Shown: piece by piece, positions 50,659-52,286 of the stretch | Layout of the letters: each line of letters starts with the position of its first letter | How positions within the stretch are numbered: the stretch's first letter is position 1 | Sequence record: DRR723986_19395 | Strand: one strand, 5' to 3' | Length of the DNA stretch: 52,286 nt | Notes under the pieces: generated by a model | What the model saw: the letters and a program-made list of their open reading frames with translations, nothing else | Told to the model about the DNA's origin: nothing | The model's database searches: none | Made by a program: the position numbers and the translations under genes

Positions 50659-51423
50659 ATGAAAAACACAAAATACGCTTGGGTGGCATTATTAGCCTTA
50701 GCTTGGTCATGTGGGCCTAAGCCAGCAGAAGATTCTGTTACTGAAACAGTTGTTGAAGAGGTTTTGGTGCCAGAGAACTCACTTACAGAGGAAGAGAAAG
50801 CTGATGGCTGGATGTTACTTTTTGACGGTACTAATACCGATGGTTGGCGAGCTTTCAACGGAGATAGCTTTCCTTCAGATGGCTGGACAGTAGAAAATGG
50901 AGCTTTGAAAGCATTAGGAAAAGGTGGTGATATAGGAGGCGATATCGTATTTGGTCCTGTGGAATTTGAGCAATTTGAAATGGAATGGACTTGGAAAATA
51001 GCGCCGGGAGGAAATAGTGGAGTACTTTATCATGTGGTAGAGGATCCAAAATACGATGCTCCATACGAGACTGGGCCAGAATATCAGATGATAGATCAGT
51101 TGGGTTTTGCCGAACCTCTGGAAAAATGGCAGTCAATTGGCGCGGATTATGCAATGACAGAGCCGGATTACGAAGGAGCAGTTAAACCCGCAGGAGAGTG
51201 GAATACTTCCAAAATCATTTTCTCAGAAGAGGGATCAAGTTATTATTTGAATGGGAAAAAGACCGTTGAGTTCGTTCCTTACTCTGAAGCATGGACAACG
51301 GCACGTAATTCGGGTAAGTGGAATGATTTTCCTGATTATGCAATTTCAAAAACAGGGTTAATCTCACTTCAGGATCATGGAGCTGAGACCTGGTTTAAAA
51401 ATATTAAGATTAGAAAATTGTAA
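50659..51423 (+). CDS. DUF1080 family lipoprotein
   Basis: Lipobox AWSC; LT.EEKADGW.LLFDG, GNSG, GPEYQ, ISLQDHG, FKNIKIR. Confidence 0.88.
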   Translation: MKNTKYAWVALLALAWSCGPKPAEDSVTETVVEEVLVPENSLTEEEKADGWMLLFDGTNTDGWRAFNGDSFPSDGWTVENGALKALGKGGDIGGDIVFGPVEFEQFEMEWTWKIAPGGNSGVLYHVVEDPKYDAPYETGPEYQMIDQLGFAEPLEKWQSIGADYAMTEPDYEGAVKPAGEWNTSKIIFSEEGSSYYLNGKKTVEFVPYSEAWTTARNSGKWNDFPDYAISKTGLISLQDHGAETWFKNIKIRKL

Positions 51424-51535
51424 TTCCGAGCATATACTCAAGTATAATTCGTGGCTAGTATTTCAATTAATGCTTGCCTTTACAGAATGGAGCAAGGATA
51501 GGATAGATGACATAAGAATGATAAATTATAAACAT

Positions 51536-52132
51536 ATGAAAAAGGTAATAGTGGTGATGCTCTTGTTAGCATCTGTAAATTTTGCTTACGCGCAGAAGAA
51601 AATTAAACTCTTTAACGGCAAGGACCTTTCCGGTTGGACCATTTATGGTACAGAGAAATGGTACGTGGAGGATGGCTTGTTGATTTCAGAAAGTGGACCT
51701 GATAAAGGATATGGTTATTTAGGTACAGATGAAGAGTACGATGATTTTGAAATTACCTTAGAATTCAAGCAAGAGGCCAATGGAAATTCAGGCGTTTTTA
51801 TCAGATCTACAGTAGAAGGCACAAAAGTTTCTGGTTGGCAAGTAGAAGTTGCGCCTCCAGGTCATGATACTGGCGGGATCTACGAATCTTACGGTAGAGG
51901 CTGGTTGGTAAAACCAGATCCTGAAAAAGACAAGAACTTGAAGTTTGGAGAATGGAACAAAATGAAGATTGTAGTAAAAGGAGATAATGTTACTTCTTAT
52001 CTTAATGGAGTAGAAATGGTCAACTTCTCTGATGCTAAAATAGGAGCAGGAAAAGGTGGCGTTAACCTTCAAATCCACGATGGTGGTGGGATAAAAGTTT
52101 ATTGGCGAAATATTGTTTTGAAAAAGCTTTAA
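51536..52132 (+). CDS. Secreted DUF1080 family protein
   Basis: Signal peptide MKKVIVV...AYA; LFNGKDLSGW, GNSGVF, GWQVE, LQIH, WRNI. Confidence 0.88.
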   Translation: MKKVIVVMLLLASVNFAYAQKKIKLFNGKDLSGWTIYGTEKWYVEDGLLISESGPDKGYGYLGTDEEYDDFEITLEFKQEANGNSGVFIRSTVEGTKVSGWQVEVAPPGHDTGGIYESYGRGWLVKPDPEKDKNLKFGEWNKMKIVVKGDNVTSYLNGVEMVNFSDAKIGAGKGGVNLQIHDGGGIKVYWRNIVLKKL

Positions 52133-52151
52133 TATACCAAAAGTTATATAG

Positions 52152-52192
52152 AAAATGCCTTGATGATTATGTCATCAGGGCATTTTTATTTT
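52152..52192 (+). terminator. Intrinsic terminator after the DUF1080 pair
   Basis: AAAATGCCTTGATGA-TTATG-TCATCAGGGCATTTTT. Confidence 0.8.
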
Positions 52193-52286
52193 GTGGAAAC
52201 TTTTCCCCGTCTCTATCAGGAGCTTACCAGAAAAGAGGCTTTAATCTCAGATATTCTCTTGCCGATAAATAAAAAAGGTAGATATT

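Noticed and set aside
860-52078. Many 60-140 aa ORFs antisense to or nested in large genes (e.g. 26993-27406, 27575-27979, 42336-42755, 48193-48621)
   Set aside because: Shadow ORFs opposite well-supported genes, with no recognisable motifs.

Overview
A 52.3 kb chromosomal window from a Bacteroidota bacterium, most likely Cytophagales/Cyclobacteriaceae (Algoriphagus-like). The assignment is inferred from gene order, the exonuclease-fused DnaE and TAnnTTTG promoter boxes. Most genes are housekeeping: ade, cmk-ispH, nqrABCDE (no nqrF), selD-mnmH, trxA, dnaE, rsmG/ECF sigma/GT2, tgt-lptF/G-DMT, ispE, an ilvD-ilvB-ilvN-ilvC-leuA-leuC-leuD-cimA-leuB operon, a DUF4160/DUF2442 toxin-antitoxin pair, truA, an Ldh-family oxidoreductase, ppx, an acyl-CoA carboxylase beta subunit, an M42 peptidase and three DUF1080 proteins. 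Two unannotated elements stand out. (1) A 160-aa uncharacterised helical protein gene (43017-43499) is followed by a ~540-nt non-coding stretch with many nested complementary segments and degenerate 21-nt repeats, which could fold into one long rod-like RNA on the same strand (candidate protein + large ncRNA system). (2) A 16-codon Val/Ile/Leu-rich leader peptide with mutually exclusive antiterminator and terminator hairpins precedes the ilv-leu operon (ribosome-mediated attenuator). Also noted: a Cys-rich secreted peptide, strand-polar heptamer repeats at gene 3' ends, REP-like elements and start-less gene remnants. No rRNA, tRNA, CRISPR array or transposase was recognised.
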